In this document: positions 33,612-47,640 of the stretch, piece after piece
How the letters are laid out: the number at the start of each line of letters is the position of its first letter
Position numbering within the stretch: the first letter of the stretch is position 1
DNA from: the human T2T-CHM13v2.0 reference genome, Homo sapiens
Assembly (NCBI GenBank): GCA_009914755.4
Contig: CP068257.2
Coordinates: 43,872,001 to 43,936,000, forward strand
DNA: 64,000 nucleotides
Reading direction: 5' to 3'
Position numbers and translations under genes: made by a program
The notes under the pieces: generated by a model
Database searches by the model: none
Told to the model about the DNA's origin: nothing
Seen by the model: only the letters and a program-made list of their open reading frames with translations

Positions 33612-34130
33612 CTGGCCCCTGAAGCTGCTCCCCGCCCACCCATAGGCGGCCGCCCTGGCACCCAGCACCCACGTGCCTATTCCAGAAGCTGCTCCCCGCC
33701 CACCCACAGGCGGCCGCCCAGCACCCCGGTGCCCACATGCCTATTCCAGAAGCTGCTCCCCGCCCACCCACAGGCGGCCGCCCGGCACCCCGGCACCCAC
33801 GTGCCTATTCCAGAAGCTGCTCCCTGCCCACCCACTGGCGGCCGCCCCCGCATCCCGGCACCCACGTGCCTATTCCAGACGCTGCTCCCCACCCACCCAC
33901 AGGCGGCCGCCCAGCACCCCGGCGCCCACGTGCCTATTCCAGAAGCTGCTCCCCGCCCACCCACAGGCGGCCGCCCTGGCACCCAGCGCCCACGTGCCTA
34001 TTCCAGAAGCTGCTCCCTGCCCACCCACTGGCGGCCGCCCCCGCATCCCGGCGCCCACGTGCCTATTCCAGACGCTGCTCCCCGCCCACCCACCCACAGG
34101 CGGCCGCCCGGCACCCCGGCACCCACATGC
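33612..34130. repeat. ~64-bp tandem array (about 8 copies), each unit carrying a CACGTG E-box; the array abuts the donor site of the SLC19A1 first coding exon
   Basis: Repeated unit ...ggcggccgcccagcaccccggcgcccacgtgcctattccagaagctgctccccgcccacccaca. The last unit is continuous with the exon/intron junction. Confidence 0.85.
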
Positions 34131-34319
34131 CTGCTCCCGCGTGAAGTTCTTGTCGGGCCCCAGGAGGTAGGGGGTGATGAAGCTCTCCCCTGGCCGTATC
34201 TGCGCCATGAAGCCGTAGAAGCAAAGGTAGCACACGAGGCGCCGCCAGGACCGGAGCTCGGGGTCAGGCCCAGGTTCCACGGGCACCTGCTTCTCCACCG
34301 CTGGGCTGGAGGGCACCAT
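34131..34319 (-). CDS. SLC19A1: SLC19A1 (reduced folate carrier) first coding exon, CDS part: MVPSSPAVEKQVPVEPGPDPELRSWRRLVCYLCFYGFMAQIRPGESFITPYLLGPDKNFTREQ. The exon continues 5' to 34368 as 5'UTR (acceptor ccctccttccag|GCACAG). The donor is GC (CAG|gcatgt).
   Basis: ATG at 34319-34317 on the minus strand. The 63 codons match the remembered human RFC1 N-terminus. Codon 27 is CGC (Arg). Confidence 0.9.
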
Positions 34320-37300
34320 CCTGCTCAGGCCACGTGCAGCTCCGGAGGGGACGAAGGTGACACTGTGCCTGGAAGGAGGGGTGGAGTCAGGGCACCTTGG
34401 AAGATGGTCTGCAGGCCTCCCTACCCCACAAAACGAGGCCCAGTGCCGGCCTCCTCCTCGCCACTCAGGACCAAACGCCACCCTGGAGACGAATGCAGAC
34501 CCCAGACCCATCCTCACCCCGTAGCACCAAACTGGGAGCCACCCACACCTGAGCTGCTCCGGAGTCCCCCAGGCCAGGCTGTCACCACCTCCAGGGTCTC
34601 CGAGGCTGAGGGAAGTCTCCAGCCACATGGAGTGATTTAAGTGCCAATCAAAACCAAGTTAATTAACTAATTGACTTACTTTATTAACTAAACTAACAAA
34701 ATTTAGGGTTTGGGGCCACACTAGACTCATGGCACTGCTGGGCAGTATCTGTGGCGGTCAGGGGGCACACCTCACCCCACAGGCCTGAGGGCAGCCCACG
34801 TGCCTGCTGCTGCTCTAGCGGCACCCAGGTGGCCCAGGGAGGGCACAGGCAGGAACGGACGCTGCTGGAGGCCGGGGTCACACCACAGGTGGCCAGCGGC
34901 GGGTGGCTGCAGGTACCAGCCTCAGGTCCCCATCAGCCGCGTGCCCTGGCAGGAGGGCGTGCAGGCCAAGCCCACAGTGAGGGAAGGGCAGAGGGAAAAG
35001 CAGGTGTCCTTGAGGGGGCTGAGAGCAGCCAGGGGTGAAACACGCGTGGGAGGGAGGATGGGATGGAGCCGAGGCCCAGCCCCTGAGCCCAGGGACCCCA
35101 GCATCCCCGGCGGCAGGTTACCCTAGACGAAAGCAGCTGGCAGGAGCCATGAGTGGACCTGACACGTTCCAGATGGAGCACCCCAGACCACAGGACTTCA
35201 TCCACGAGGCAACATGCACCCAACCTTGGGGACCATCCCGCCAGCACCCCCGCCCCACACGGCCAGGGCACGTGGTGGAGCAGCAGCAGCACGAAGCACA
35301 CTCGAGGGCGTGTCTCTTTCAGTCCTGATTCTGCCCAGGAGAAAGGCTCCTCCGGTGCGGGCAAGGGCACGTCTCACCACCACAAATCGTGCCTTTCAGC
35401 TGCGGGGCAAAAGCCTGTCCACTTATCAGAATCATGTCTCCAGGTGCCACGTGGCCCTGGTTTTCCATTAAGGCCTCGGTGTAAAGTTCTCCTTCAAGTA
35501 AGTCAAAAGTGAACTGCCATAAACAAGTGTGTCAGGCGCCCACACCAAGCCAACCCCGTGAGGCCAGGACCTGGCCCTGGTCCCCCACAGGTGCACCTCA
35601 CGTCTGTATCAGCTGACCTCTGCTCCCAGAGGCCAGGCCTGGCAGAGTGCACGTGGAAAGGCCATCTGCTGCTCAGGTGGGGTGGGGATGCAGCGCATGC
35701 AGAGGGCAGCTGAGCAGCCTTGTGGGGCGGGGTCGCCGTCCCATCTGCACTGGGCTGACAGTTGGACAATTGTGCCTCGCCACAGGGCCGGCTTGGGAGG
35801 GTGGCAGGGGGTCTGCAGAGGGTCTGGATTTGAGAAGTCTCCTCCAACCCTCCAGCAGGGGCTCAGAGCATCCCTCGATGTGGGGCCAGCTTTGGGGGTC
35901 CAGGGACCCCTAGGAAAATCTGCCCCAGGCTCTCAGCATTCAGTCTTCACGTATCAGAGACCACTCAGGCTGGAAGTGCTCCCTGAACCGCCCCCAACCT
36001 GACACACAGGCTTAGGAAAAAGGTGGCCTTCAGGGACCAGAGAGAGAGACCCTCCCCAGGCCACTTAGGCAAAGCCATCAGCATCATCTGGGGTCCCGTC
36101 TTGACACCTCTACACACTCATGTCTGTGACAAAGGAACATAGGTGATGGCAGGGAAGCCCTTAAGAGGCAGAGGCTGGTGGGCTTGCAATGGGGGCCGCA
36201 GGGAAGAGGGGGAAGGGTTGGGGGAACCTCGAGGTTTCCGGAGCTCCACGGCAGGGCACAGCTGGGAAGAAGATGGGACCAGCACCCTCCATTGGAGGCA
36301 GCCAGGACCCTAGAAGTTCTCAAAGGGCCAGGATGAAAACAGCCGGCCAGGCAGGAGGAAGCGCAGGCAGGGGCCACTGCCAGGCCGAGGCAGATCTGAC
36401 GGTCGCCTGCCTCGGCCTCACCTTCCACGCCTCCTCAGGGCCTGTCAACAGCTGGGAAGATCAGTGCACAAAGGTTGGGCTCCATCACCAGGGACCCTGA
36501 TGCCCAGAGAGGCCACGGGTAGAGCTGGACATACCTCAGACCGCACCCACTCCTCCCCACTGGGAGACCCATTTGGCCCTGGGACTCCCTGTCAAGTTCA
36601 CTTTCCCACCTGTCAGCAGGTTTAGACAGGCGCACCGATCCCCAGACAACCAGAGCAACCAGATCGCCGCAGACAACGGGGAGCCATCAGGAGCTGAACT
36701 AAGCCCAGGGTCTGCGCCCACAGTCCATGGCCGCAGGAGTCAGATCCCCACCCACAGGACCCCCAGGGGCCCGGGAGCCCTGGGTACTTGGGCCCCCTGT
36801 TCTGAAAGGTGCCACCTCCAGAAGCGACCAGAACATTCCTTCCTTGGAGAGACAGCCAGAGTCTCCGCCAGCAAGGGGCTGCTGCTGGTCTTAACAGTCA
36901 GCCTCTGCTGCCAGCATACTCAACTTATGTGCCGTGAACGTAGCCCACTGACAGAGGCTTGGCCATCACGGCCCAGACCACCTCCAAGAGGAAAGATAGG
37001 GAACTTGGTCACCATCATAGAAACGCAGCCCCAAGCCAGGGGACGCCTAGACTCCAAGTGTCCAGACCCCAGCCCAGTCCCATACAGCTTGAGGCCTCTT
37101 CCCGGCATCTGAAGGAAGTCCCCGACCAGACAGGAGGGCCACGGGGAAGCAGAGAGAATCCCTGCCTTCAGGAGAAGGTTGTAACAGCCCCTGCAAATCC
37201 CCGGCCCCACTGTCCACAGTGACCAGCCCCACCCAGGCCCTGTCCTTCCAAGCACCAGAGAAGGCCAGAGACCCGCAATCAAAACACAAGCAAACGCCAC

Positions 37301-37999
37301 CTATCATTCCGTGTTTAAACCAGCTCCTACTCTGGAAGGCTAACCAAGAATGTTCGTTATGTTTTTTAGAACGCCTGCTAGTTTAAAAAGAAGAAGAAGA
37401 AAGCATTGCACACCCTCCCACCCCTGTTCAGATGACCAAGTTCAGGGTTCCTAACAGCATAATTAGACCCTCCGGCTATCACTGCTGCAGGCCCAAACAC
37501 CCGAGAAGCACTCTTTCTCATCTGTGTCCAGCAGAGATAACTGTACTATCTGGAATTATAAAAATCCACCAAAGCCCCTTCGGAAAGAAAGCAATTAGCA
37601 ATTGCAACAAGCAGTGCACAGGTGGCACCCAGGCAAAGGCGGCCAGTGAGATGCAGCCTGGCTCCCAGGCCTGGACAGGGCAGGCAGGTGCACTGGGCCA
37701 GAGGCACCTCGGCTCTGCTGATTGAATCTGGGCTGTGCGGGGATCCTCGGGTCTCCGTAGGGGGAGGCCACCTCTTTACAGGGCGGCCAACAGGCGCCTC
37801 CAAGGACTTTATCCCACCTTCCCTCTGGATGCATTCTGGATTTCGGGGCCAGCTTAGTTGGCCTGTGTCCTGAGGCCAGGCAGGCCAGACTCCCCAGGAC
37901 AGGAGTTTCCGATGGACAGGACCCTAGGGGGATGGCTTTCCTGCTGTAGCGGTGTTGGAAGGACCCACTCGGGAAAGGCTCCAGCGGCTGTCCAGGCTC

Positions 38000-39650
38000 T
38001 CTCTGAGACGCCTCGGGATTGCTCCGCTGGATCCGCACCCACAGCTGCTCCAAGGGGAAGTTGCACCTACAAAGCTTCTGGCACAGGAGACAATGGTCTG
38101 GAGATGTGCCAGGGGCCCGCCCCACGCGTGGCTGGCAGGGTTCACCCACCGGCTGGCCCGTCCCGAAGCAACACGTGCCTGGGCGCGAACGCCGGATCCA
38201 CGCTTTCCTCCAGACCCGGGGGTGGGACTTGGCGCCCCAGGATGACGCGGAGGGCAGGCTGGGGGCCGGGACTCCCCACCCCATTCGCAGGCTGCGGCGG
38301 AAAGCGAGCGGCGGGAAACCCGCTGCACAGCAACGGTTCTGCCAGGCGCCCGGGCCACCGCGACCCCCGCGGAGACCCCGGCCCACGCCCCGCACCCTCC
38401 CCAGGGCCCCCCAGACCCCAGGCTGCAGACCGCAGACCCCGGCCACGCCCCGCACCCTCCCCAGGGCCCCCCAGACCCCAGGCTGCAGACCGCAGACCCC
38501 GGCCCACGCCCCGCACCCTCCCCAGGGCCCCGCGGACCCCAGGCTGCAGACCGCAGACCCCGGCCCACGCCCCGCACCCTCCCCAGGGCCCCGCGGACCC
38601 CAGCGCCAGCCCCCACACTCACCTCACAGGGCCCTGCAAACCTCGGCCCGCGCCCCGCACTCACCCCAGGGCCCCGAGACACCCCGCAGCCCCCGACACG
38701 CGGCCCCGTGGCCCCGTTCCCCACCGGTACCTGCGACTCGGCGGGGCGGCTGCCCTGGGGCTCCCGGACCCGGCCCCGCGCACGCGGACTCCGGGACTAC
38801 AGCGCCCACAAGGCGGCGCGGCGGGCGCGCGGCTGCGGGGTGGGCGGGTCCGTCCCGCCGAACGCGTCCTGAGGGCGGGGCCTCGCGCGTGGCCGGGCGC
38901 TGCGGCAGGAGCGTCCCCACGGGGCACCCTCCCACCCACGGCCGTCTCCCAGCCCCGGCGCCGGCCTCTCCCCACCCGGTCACCGCCGGGGTCACGCGGC
39001 CCCTCGTGCTGCGGCCCTACCCCTGGGGCCGCCCCCTGACCCCGACCGCCCCTCGGGCCCCCACCCCCGCCGGCGTCAGCATCCTGGGGTGCCACTCGCG
39101 GAGGTGTCGGTCCCTCGGGCGGGCACCCTGCCATCCCTCTCCCCCGCGTTCTTCCCACCCCCGGTCCCCTCCTGACCCCCCCTCCTCGACGAGGCCTTGT
39201 GCGTTTTCCTTTTGGCACCCTGGAACACCTGCATTCCTGGCCGCAAGCTGGATCCGGGACGCGGGTCGGGCCCACGCGCCCTCAGGGGTGGCCCTGGGCC
39301 GCCTTCGTGGGGCTCCAACAGGGACACGCACAGCCTGCTCTTGGGGACCGCACGGCCCCGAACTCGGCGCCCCCGGGACCCCGCCGCCCGCCCTCCTGCC
39401 TGACCGTGACCCGTACGGGCTTGTACCAAGGAGCAAGCCGGATCCAGGACGTGGCCCGGGGCCACCAGTCCCCATCCCAGCAGGGACAGCCCGGGGGAGA
39501 CCCGCGCAGGCCTCGCAGACGGCAGCGCAGTCACACTCAGGAAGGGGGGCCTGGGCCACTCTCCCAGGAAGGCGTGGGGCTGCGGCAGACAGCACCGCCG
39601 AAAGCCCAAGGCCTGTGCAGGACACGGGGAGAAGTGGGGGGCCTCAGGGT
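38000..39650 (-). promoter_or_regulatory. SLC19A1: CpG island with GC boxes, 3.7-5.3 kb upstream of the SLC19A1 first coding exon. Most likely the major SLC19A1 promoters (hRFC-A/B) and their short non-coding first exons, whose exact boundaries cannot be resolved from sequence alone.
   Basis: Very high CpG density and GC content seen. Multiple GGGCGG/CCGCCC motifs. The 61-bp tandem repeat described in the literature for SLC19A1 promoter A lies inside it. Confidence 0.6.
38380..38640. repeat. 61-62-bp tandem repeat, about 4 copies (unit ccccggcccacgccccgcaccctccccagggccccccagaccccaggctgcagaccgcagac)
   Basis: Direct tandem copies seen. Matches the unit length of the published functional 61-bp promoter polymorphism of SLC19A1. 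Confidence 0.75.
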
Positions 39651-41539
39651 CACTTTCCCCTGGAGTTACCCAGGGCCTGGCTATGGGGAGGGAAGCCAAG
39701 CCGAGGGCTGTGGGGGCCCCAAGGCTAAGGAGGAGCCAGGAAGTCCACTGCACAGAACAGAAGGGGACGGCCACCGTGGTACCCACAGCTCAAGAGTGCG
39801 GGTCCCAGGCGAGGGGTGAGTCTGGGGCAGCAGCCCCTGGAATGTACCCCTTCCGGAGTGTAGACAGCACAATCCGCGACCTGCCTCCTGGTGTTGCGGG
39901 GGTGCTCTTGGTCTCCCGCCCACCAGCAGGGCAACCCCACCAGGAAGCCAACACAGGGCCCTTGCCCTAAATGGCCGCCTGCCCAAAGCTCTGGCCTGGG
40001 CCTTCTTTCCAGAGTCCTGAGTGTAGCAAGCCACACGAACAAATCTCAAAGGAACTTAAAAAGGATTTGTTGGCTGGAAATGGGGGATCTGGGGTAGCTT
40101 GCAGAATTTAAGGGAACACTACAGGATGGAGCGCCTCACCTGGAGGGACCCCCTGCTTTGTGGGAGCCCTGGCTCTCTCCCCTGTACTGGCCTTCTCCAC
40201 GGGTGGGCAGAACCTGGCCCTGCTGGAAGACAGGAGGGGCAACGCGGAGGAGGAGGGGCCCTTCCTTCCCTCCAGGCAGAGAGGAGCCAGCCATGGGGCC
40301 AGCTCGCCAGGGCAGCCTGCTCCCTTTACACGCAGGACAGGCCAGGAAGCCGAGGGGAAGTGGGGATGAACAGCAGCGGGGCTCCTAGACCCCTTCCCAC
40401 AGAAGGATGGCTCCCACCCCCTTCCCGCCTGGAGACAGCAAGGCAGGGAGCCACAGCCCCAAGGGGACCCCGCAGGACCCACAAAGACCAGTCCCTCACC
40501 TGTCTCTCCGGTCAGGTGTAGCCGAGCGAATCCGCCCCCGGCCGCGAGGGGCCTGCCCAAGCTGCCCTCGGGTCCCCCTGCGTGGCAGGAGTCCTGGGAG
40601 TTCCCCAGCCACACAAGGCCCAGGTTTCCTGCAGGAGCTGCTTCGGAGTGGGGAGGTAGGGCTTCTGCCACCAACAGCACTTGGCAGTTGTAATCTAGAG
40701 GCAGCTGCTCTGAGGGAAGAGCCAGGAGACTCGTGAAGAACTTACAGAAACCTCCATTGAGGACTGCGAGGAGTGGCCACAGACAGTGGGGCGTGGGCTT
40801 CCAGAGGGCTCCACCCAAAATAGAGATTTACAAACGCAGGTGACTTGGGAGTGACACTGGCATCTGGGAATGGATCCTGTGCTTGGGCCCTCACGAGCCT
40901 CCAGCGGTCCCCGTCCTTGCGTGTTTCATTATCGGTTTGTCAAATAGTTAAGTGCCTGAGCGTCAGGGATGGCAGGGAGAGCTGGTCCCTGGGAGAAGCC
41001 CTGGGTTGGAGGGATCAGCAGGGGCCCAGCAGTGTGGATCCCGGCCCTCCAGCCTGTAGGCTCCAGCCATATACAGTGATGTCTGGGGGCTGCAGGCCGC
41101 AGAGACCCCTTCCCCTCCTGGAGGGGCTCAGGTGGGCTCTGCAGCCCACCCCACAGCAGTGCCCCATCCCCAGCTCCTGGGCCCCCACTCCCCGGCAGCC
41201 TTAGCACCCATAGTCCAGGCCCAAGAAATCTCTGCCAGAGAATGAGGACCCTGCCCACCCACTGCCTTCTGAGACCAACCGGCCAGTCCTCTGCCTTGGC
41301 TGGAGAGACGCAGGGCTGTCCCTGTGGTTAAGGTCCCCGTCAGCATAGGGAGGCAGTGGCATTCGAGCAGCCCTTTCCCTCAGCTGGTGCTGTTGTGGTG
41401 GCTGTGGCTCTGGAAGCAAGGCTTGGACCAAATGCTAATACATGGACACACATGCACAGAGACACACAGATCCATGCAGACGTGCAGAGACGTGCACATG
41501 CAGATGGACACAGACATGCGCAGACACGCACACACACTG

Positions 41540-41935
41540 ATGTGGTTTGGATTCTCTGTCCCCTCCGAATCTCATGTTGGAATGTGATTCCCAGTGTTGG
41601 AAGTGGGGCCTGGCGGGAGGTGTTGGATCATGAGGACGGATCCCTCATGAATGGCTTAGCACCATCACCTTGGTGATGAGTGAGTTCTTGTTCAGTTAGC
41701 TCACTCAAGAGCAGGTTGTTTAAAAGAGTCCGGGACCCCCCCCTTGCCCTCCCCTCCTCCCACTCTTGCTATGTGACGCTGGCTCCCCGTCACCTTCCAC
41801 CATGTGTGGAAGCTTCCTGAGGCCTCACCAGGAGCAGATGCTGGCACCATGCTTCCTGTACAGCCTGCAGAACCGTGAGCCAATTACACCTATTTTCTTT
41901 ATGATACCCAGTCTCTGTGTTCCTTTATAGCAACA
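41540..41935. mobile_element. Interspersed repeat of unassigned family (…tggtttggattctctgtcccctccgaatctcatgttggaatgtgattcccagtgttggaag…cccagtctctgtgttcctttatagcaacacaaaaacag)
   Basis: I recognise this as a frequently encountered human dispersed-repeat consensus. I cannot name the family with confidence. Confidence 0.4.
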
Positions 41936-43099
41936 CAAAAACAGCCCCCCTCATACGTACACACACGTACAGACACCACCAAGACATATGCACAGATACA
42001 GAGACGTAAACATACAGACATACACATGACACAGAGATACAGAGACATACACATGCATGCTCCCGTGCAGACGGCACCCCATATGCAGGAAGACGGGCGC
42101 GGACCGGCCTGCCATGCCCCAGCATGTGCAGTGAACTGGCCTGCACATGGCCTCAGCCAGTTTTTCCTCCCACATTTCCAGACGTCTCCCCAGTCTCACC
42201 TTGCTGAATGACAGGTGCTTCTGCTCCCATCTGAATCTGCTTGGTAGAGGTGCGGTGCGCCCTGTAAATGCCTTACCTGGCTTGCTGGCCAGTGGGTCTC
42301 TGCTGCAGCTGCCCCTCTCTCCAGCCCCCACTCCCGCCAGGCCTTCGCCCCCACTTTTTCCACGAGCTGACCTCCTAACACTCCCAGCGGCCAGGGGTAG
42401 CCCATCACAAGGGCCTAGGGGCCCAAAGGTCTGGAGAAGGGGGACTGACATGGATGCCCCTGTGTCAGGCCTCCCAGCACTAGCCCCAAGCCCAGGCCTG
42501 CCTGCAGCTGTGGCCCCCATCCTCTCAGAGGCTGAGCCGGGCCACCGTCCTCAGCACCTTGTCTGTGAAGCCAGAAGCCAGAAGCCCTGTGGCAGCTGAG
42601 CGGAGAAGCAAAGCCCAGAGGAAGAAGCGTTGTCCCTGGCCTGCCTGGAGCCCCGGAGCTCCTGGCTTCCGCATCCCCCAAGTGAGCGCAGGTCCCTCAC
42701 AGCCTGTCACAGCCCCACAGCAGTGGGGCTAACCTGGGCCTGTGCCTGCCACACTTCTTCCCTGGAAGGGTGTCCCACCTGGTCCTCTGGGCATGGAGTT
42801 GAATTCTGAGCCCCACTGGGGCCCCGGACAGCGGCCCTAGCAGGCCCAGCCCCTCCCAGTTGAGCCCTGCCTGGCCCAGCAGCAGAACACTGAATCCCGA
42901 TGCCCCCAAGTCTCCCTATAGCCAGACTTTCACAAAATCATGCTTAAATAGCCCATCTTTACTAGGGAAAGGGGGAGGTTTGAACCTCTTTGGAATCACA
43001 GGCAGCTGTTTAGAATAATGTCATCTAACGAAAGAGTGTTCGAAAAACATTAAAATAACCAGTGGAAATCTGGCCTACTGCAAGGTGGAGTTTGAAGCC

Positions 43100-45600
<2,501 letters not shown>

Positions 45601-45959
45601 TGGAGGGGCCAGAGTCCAGCCTGGGAAAGTCCATCTGTAGGGGAGGGAGGCTCCGTCCTGGAAGGAGGCAGGTGAGCAGGTGCCTGTGGTGGAGGCTCGG
45701 GGTCAGTGGAATTGTTCTGTGTCTGATGGGGGTAGAGGTTAATGGTTGTGTTCATCTGTCAGACATGTTTAACAACTGCTTCTAATGGGTGCAATTTATG
45801 GCATGTGAATTGCACCTCGATAAAATTGTTTTTTAAAAGCCTGCACTGCTGGAAGTGGGGGAAAGGCCTGGAAGCAAGTCGAATGCTCCAAGCCCTCTCG
45901 TGTCTCTTGGGAGACAATCCAGGCCTCAGTTGGTTACAAGGGAGAACCCAGAACAGCCT

Positions 45960-46200
45960 CAGCCTCGGGAGAAAAGGGCAGTGATGTGGCAGGGGAGGGG
46001 CAGGGGGACAGGTAGTGGGTGGTGGGGAGGGGGACAGGTGGTGGGGGAGGGGCAGGGGGAGAGGTGGTGGGTGGTGGGGAGGGGGATAGGTGGTGGGGGA
46101 GGGGCAGGGGACAGGTGGTTGGTGGTGGGGAGGGGGACACTTGGCGGATTGTGGGGAGGAGGACAGGTGGGGGGTGGTGGACGGTGGGGAGGGGACAGCT
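45960..46200. repeat. G-rich tandem repeat (ggggagggggacaggtggtgggtggt-like units)
   Basis: Periodic G-rich units seen. The minus strand gives proline-rich artefact ORFs. Confidence 0.8.
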
Positions 46201-47513
46201 GGGCGCACACTGTGGCTCTTGGTTGCAGATGGGGTACAGGTCCAGTATGCTCCAGCCACGTAGGTCTCCATGTGACCTCCTTCACATCTTGTCCCCACAG
46301 AGACCCTCATCTCTGCCCCTTCTTAGCCCCAGGGCAGCCCTCCCAGGCTGCAGAGCCCCGAACTCTCTGGCATCTTGGGAACTGTCTCTCCCCGGCCAGG
46401 CTGGCACATGCGGATGTTGCAGCATTGGCCAAAAGTGGACAGTGGGGGTCAGTGTGGGGTACCGCCCACCCCATCCCAGCCCCTCCTGGGCTGCTGTGCA
46501 TCCTGCTCCTGCCCACCCAGCCCAGGCTGGCACCTCCTCCTGGTCTCTCCCACACCCCATGCACCGCCCTGGTCACTTCTGTGGTTTGGGGTGTTTCCCT
46601 CCTGGGGAGGCGCCTCCTGCCTGATGAGACCTCTGAGCCCCAAAGGGTCACATGAGACTGTGTCCCCAGGTGGCAGCTGTTGGTTCTCTCCAGCCCCCAC
46701 AGACACCTCAGGCCCCCGTATGCCAGACCGCTTGGAGATGGGGTCTTCTGTGCTCCCTTCTTCCCATGGGCCACCTGCCACCCCCGTCCACAAGCACAAG
46801 TGAACGTTTCCACGTGGAAAGGGCTGGTTCTCCAGCTGGAATTTCCTTGACTACACGGTCTTATTAGATCCAGAATGGAACTGCATGAAATAAACAGGGA
46901 GATTTGGGCAGGATGGAGCTCAGTTCTCCCAGCCAAGGGGAGACCACAGCCAGCTCTCCATTCACGGTTCAGGATCACAGCAGCCCCGCCGGGAGGCTTG
47001 GCCTTGCAGGCCCCGGGCTTCCGTGGTTTTGTTGCATGCAGATTTCGTCGTCTTCTTCTGAATGTTTCAGTATTCATGTGTTCCTGGATGACTGGCGTTC
47101 CCTCTCAATTTTCACACGCAGTAGTGCAGGGGCGTGCAGTCTGCAGACCCCTCTCCTCTCCTCCACCTTCTCAACCTCCCTTACCTCCACACCCATCTCC
47201 CCTCCCTGCCTCCCTCCTCTGCCTTCCTCCCCTCTCCTCCGCCTTTCTGTCCCCTTCCCTCCCACCACCGCCCCCCACCCTCCCCCCCGCCTCCCCACAA
47301 CCCTTCCCCCACCCTCCTCAACCTTCCCAGCACTGGCCCCCGCCTCCATTCTCCTCCCCACAACACCCACTTCCTCCTCTACCTTCCCCCTTGTCTTAGT
47401 CCCTTTCCTGTTCTTCACAGTCCCAGCTACGCCTGGGTTGGTTGCACTCTCTGTTCCTCTTATTTTCTTTCAAGGAACTACCTTTTGGATCTAAAAACTC
47501 AAGTTTTACTTAA

Positions 47514-47640
47514 GAGGCTGAGGCAGGAGAATAGCTTGAACCCGGGAGGTGGAGGTTGCAGTGAGCCGAGACACTGCACTCCAGCCTGGGCGACAAGAGC
47601 GAGACTCCATCTCAAAGGAAAAAAACAAAAAAAATCAAGT
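47514..47640 (+). mobile_element. Partial Alu (right monomer, 3' half) with A-rich tail
   Basis: gaggctgaggcaggagaatagcttgaacccgggaggtggaggttgcagtgagccgagacactgcactccagcctgggcgacaagagcgagactccatctc. Confidence 0.85.

Noticed and set aside
37595-39786. Several 200-570-aa ORFs on both strands across the CpG island
   Set aside because: Pro/Arg/Gly-rich products of extreme GC content and the 61-bp repeat. They are consistent with promoter/5'UTR sequence, not with CDS.
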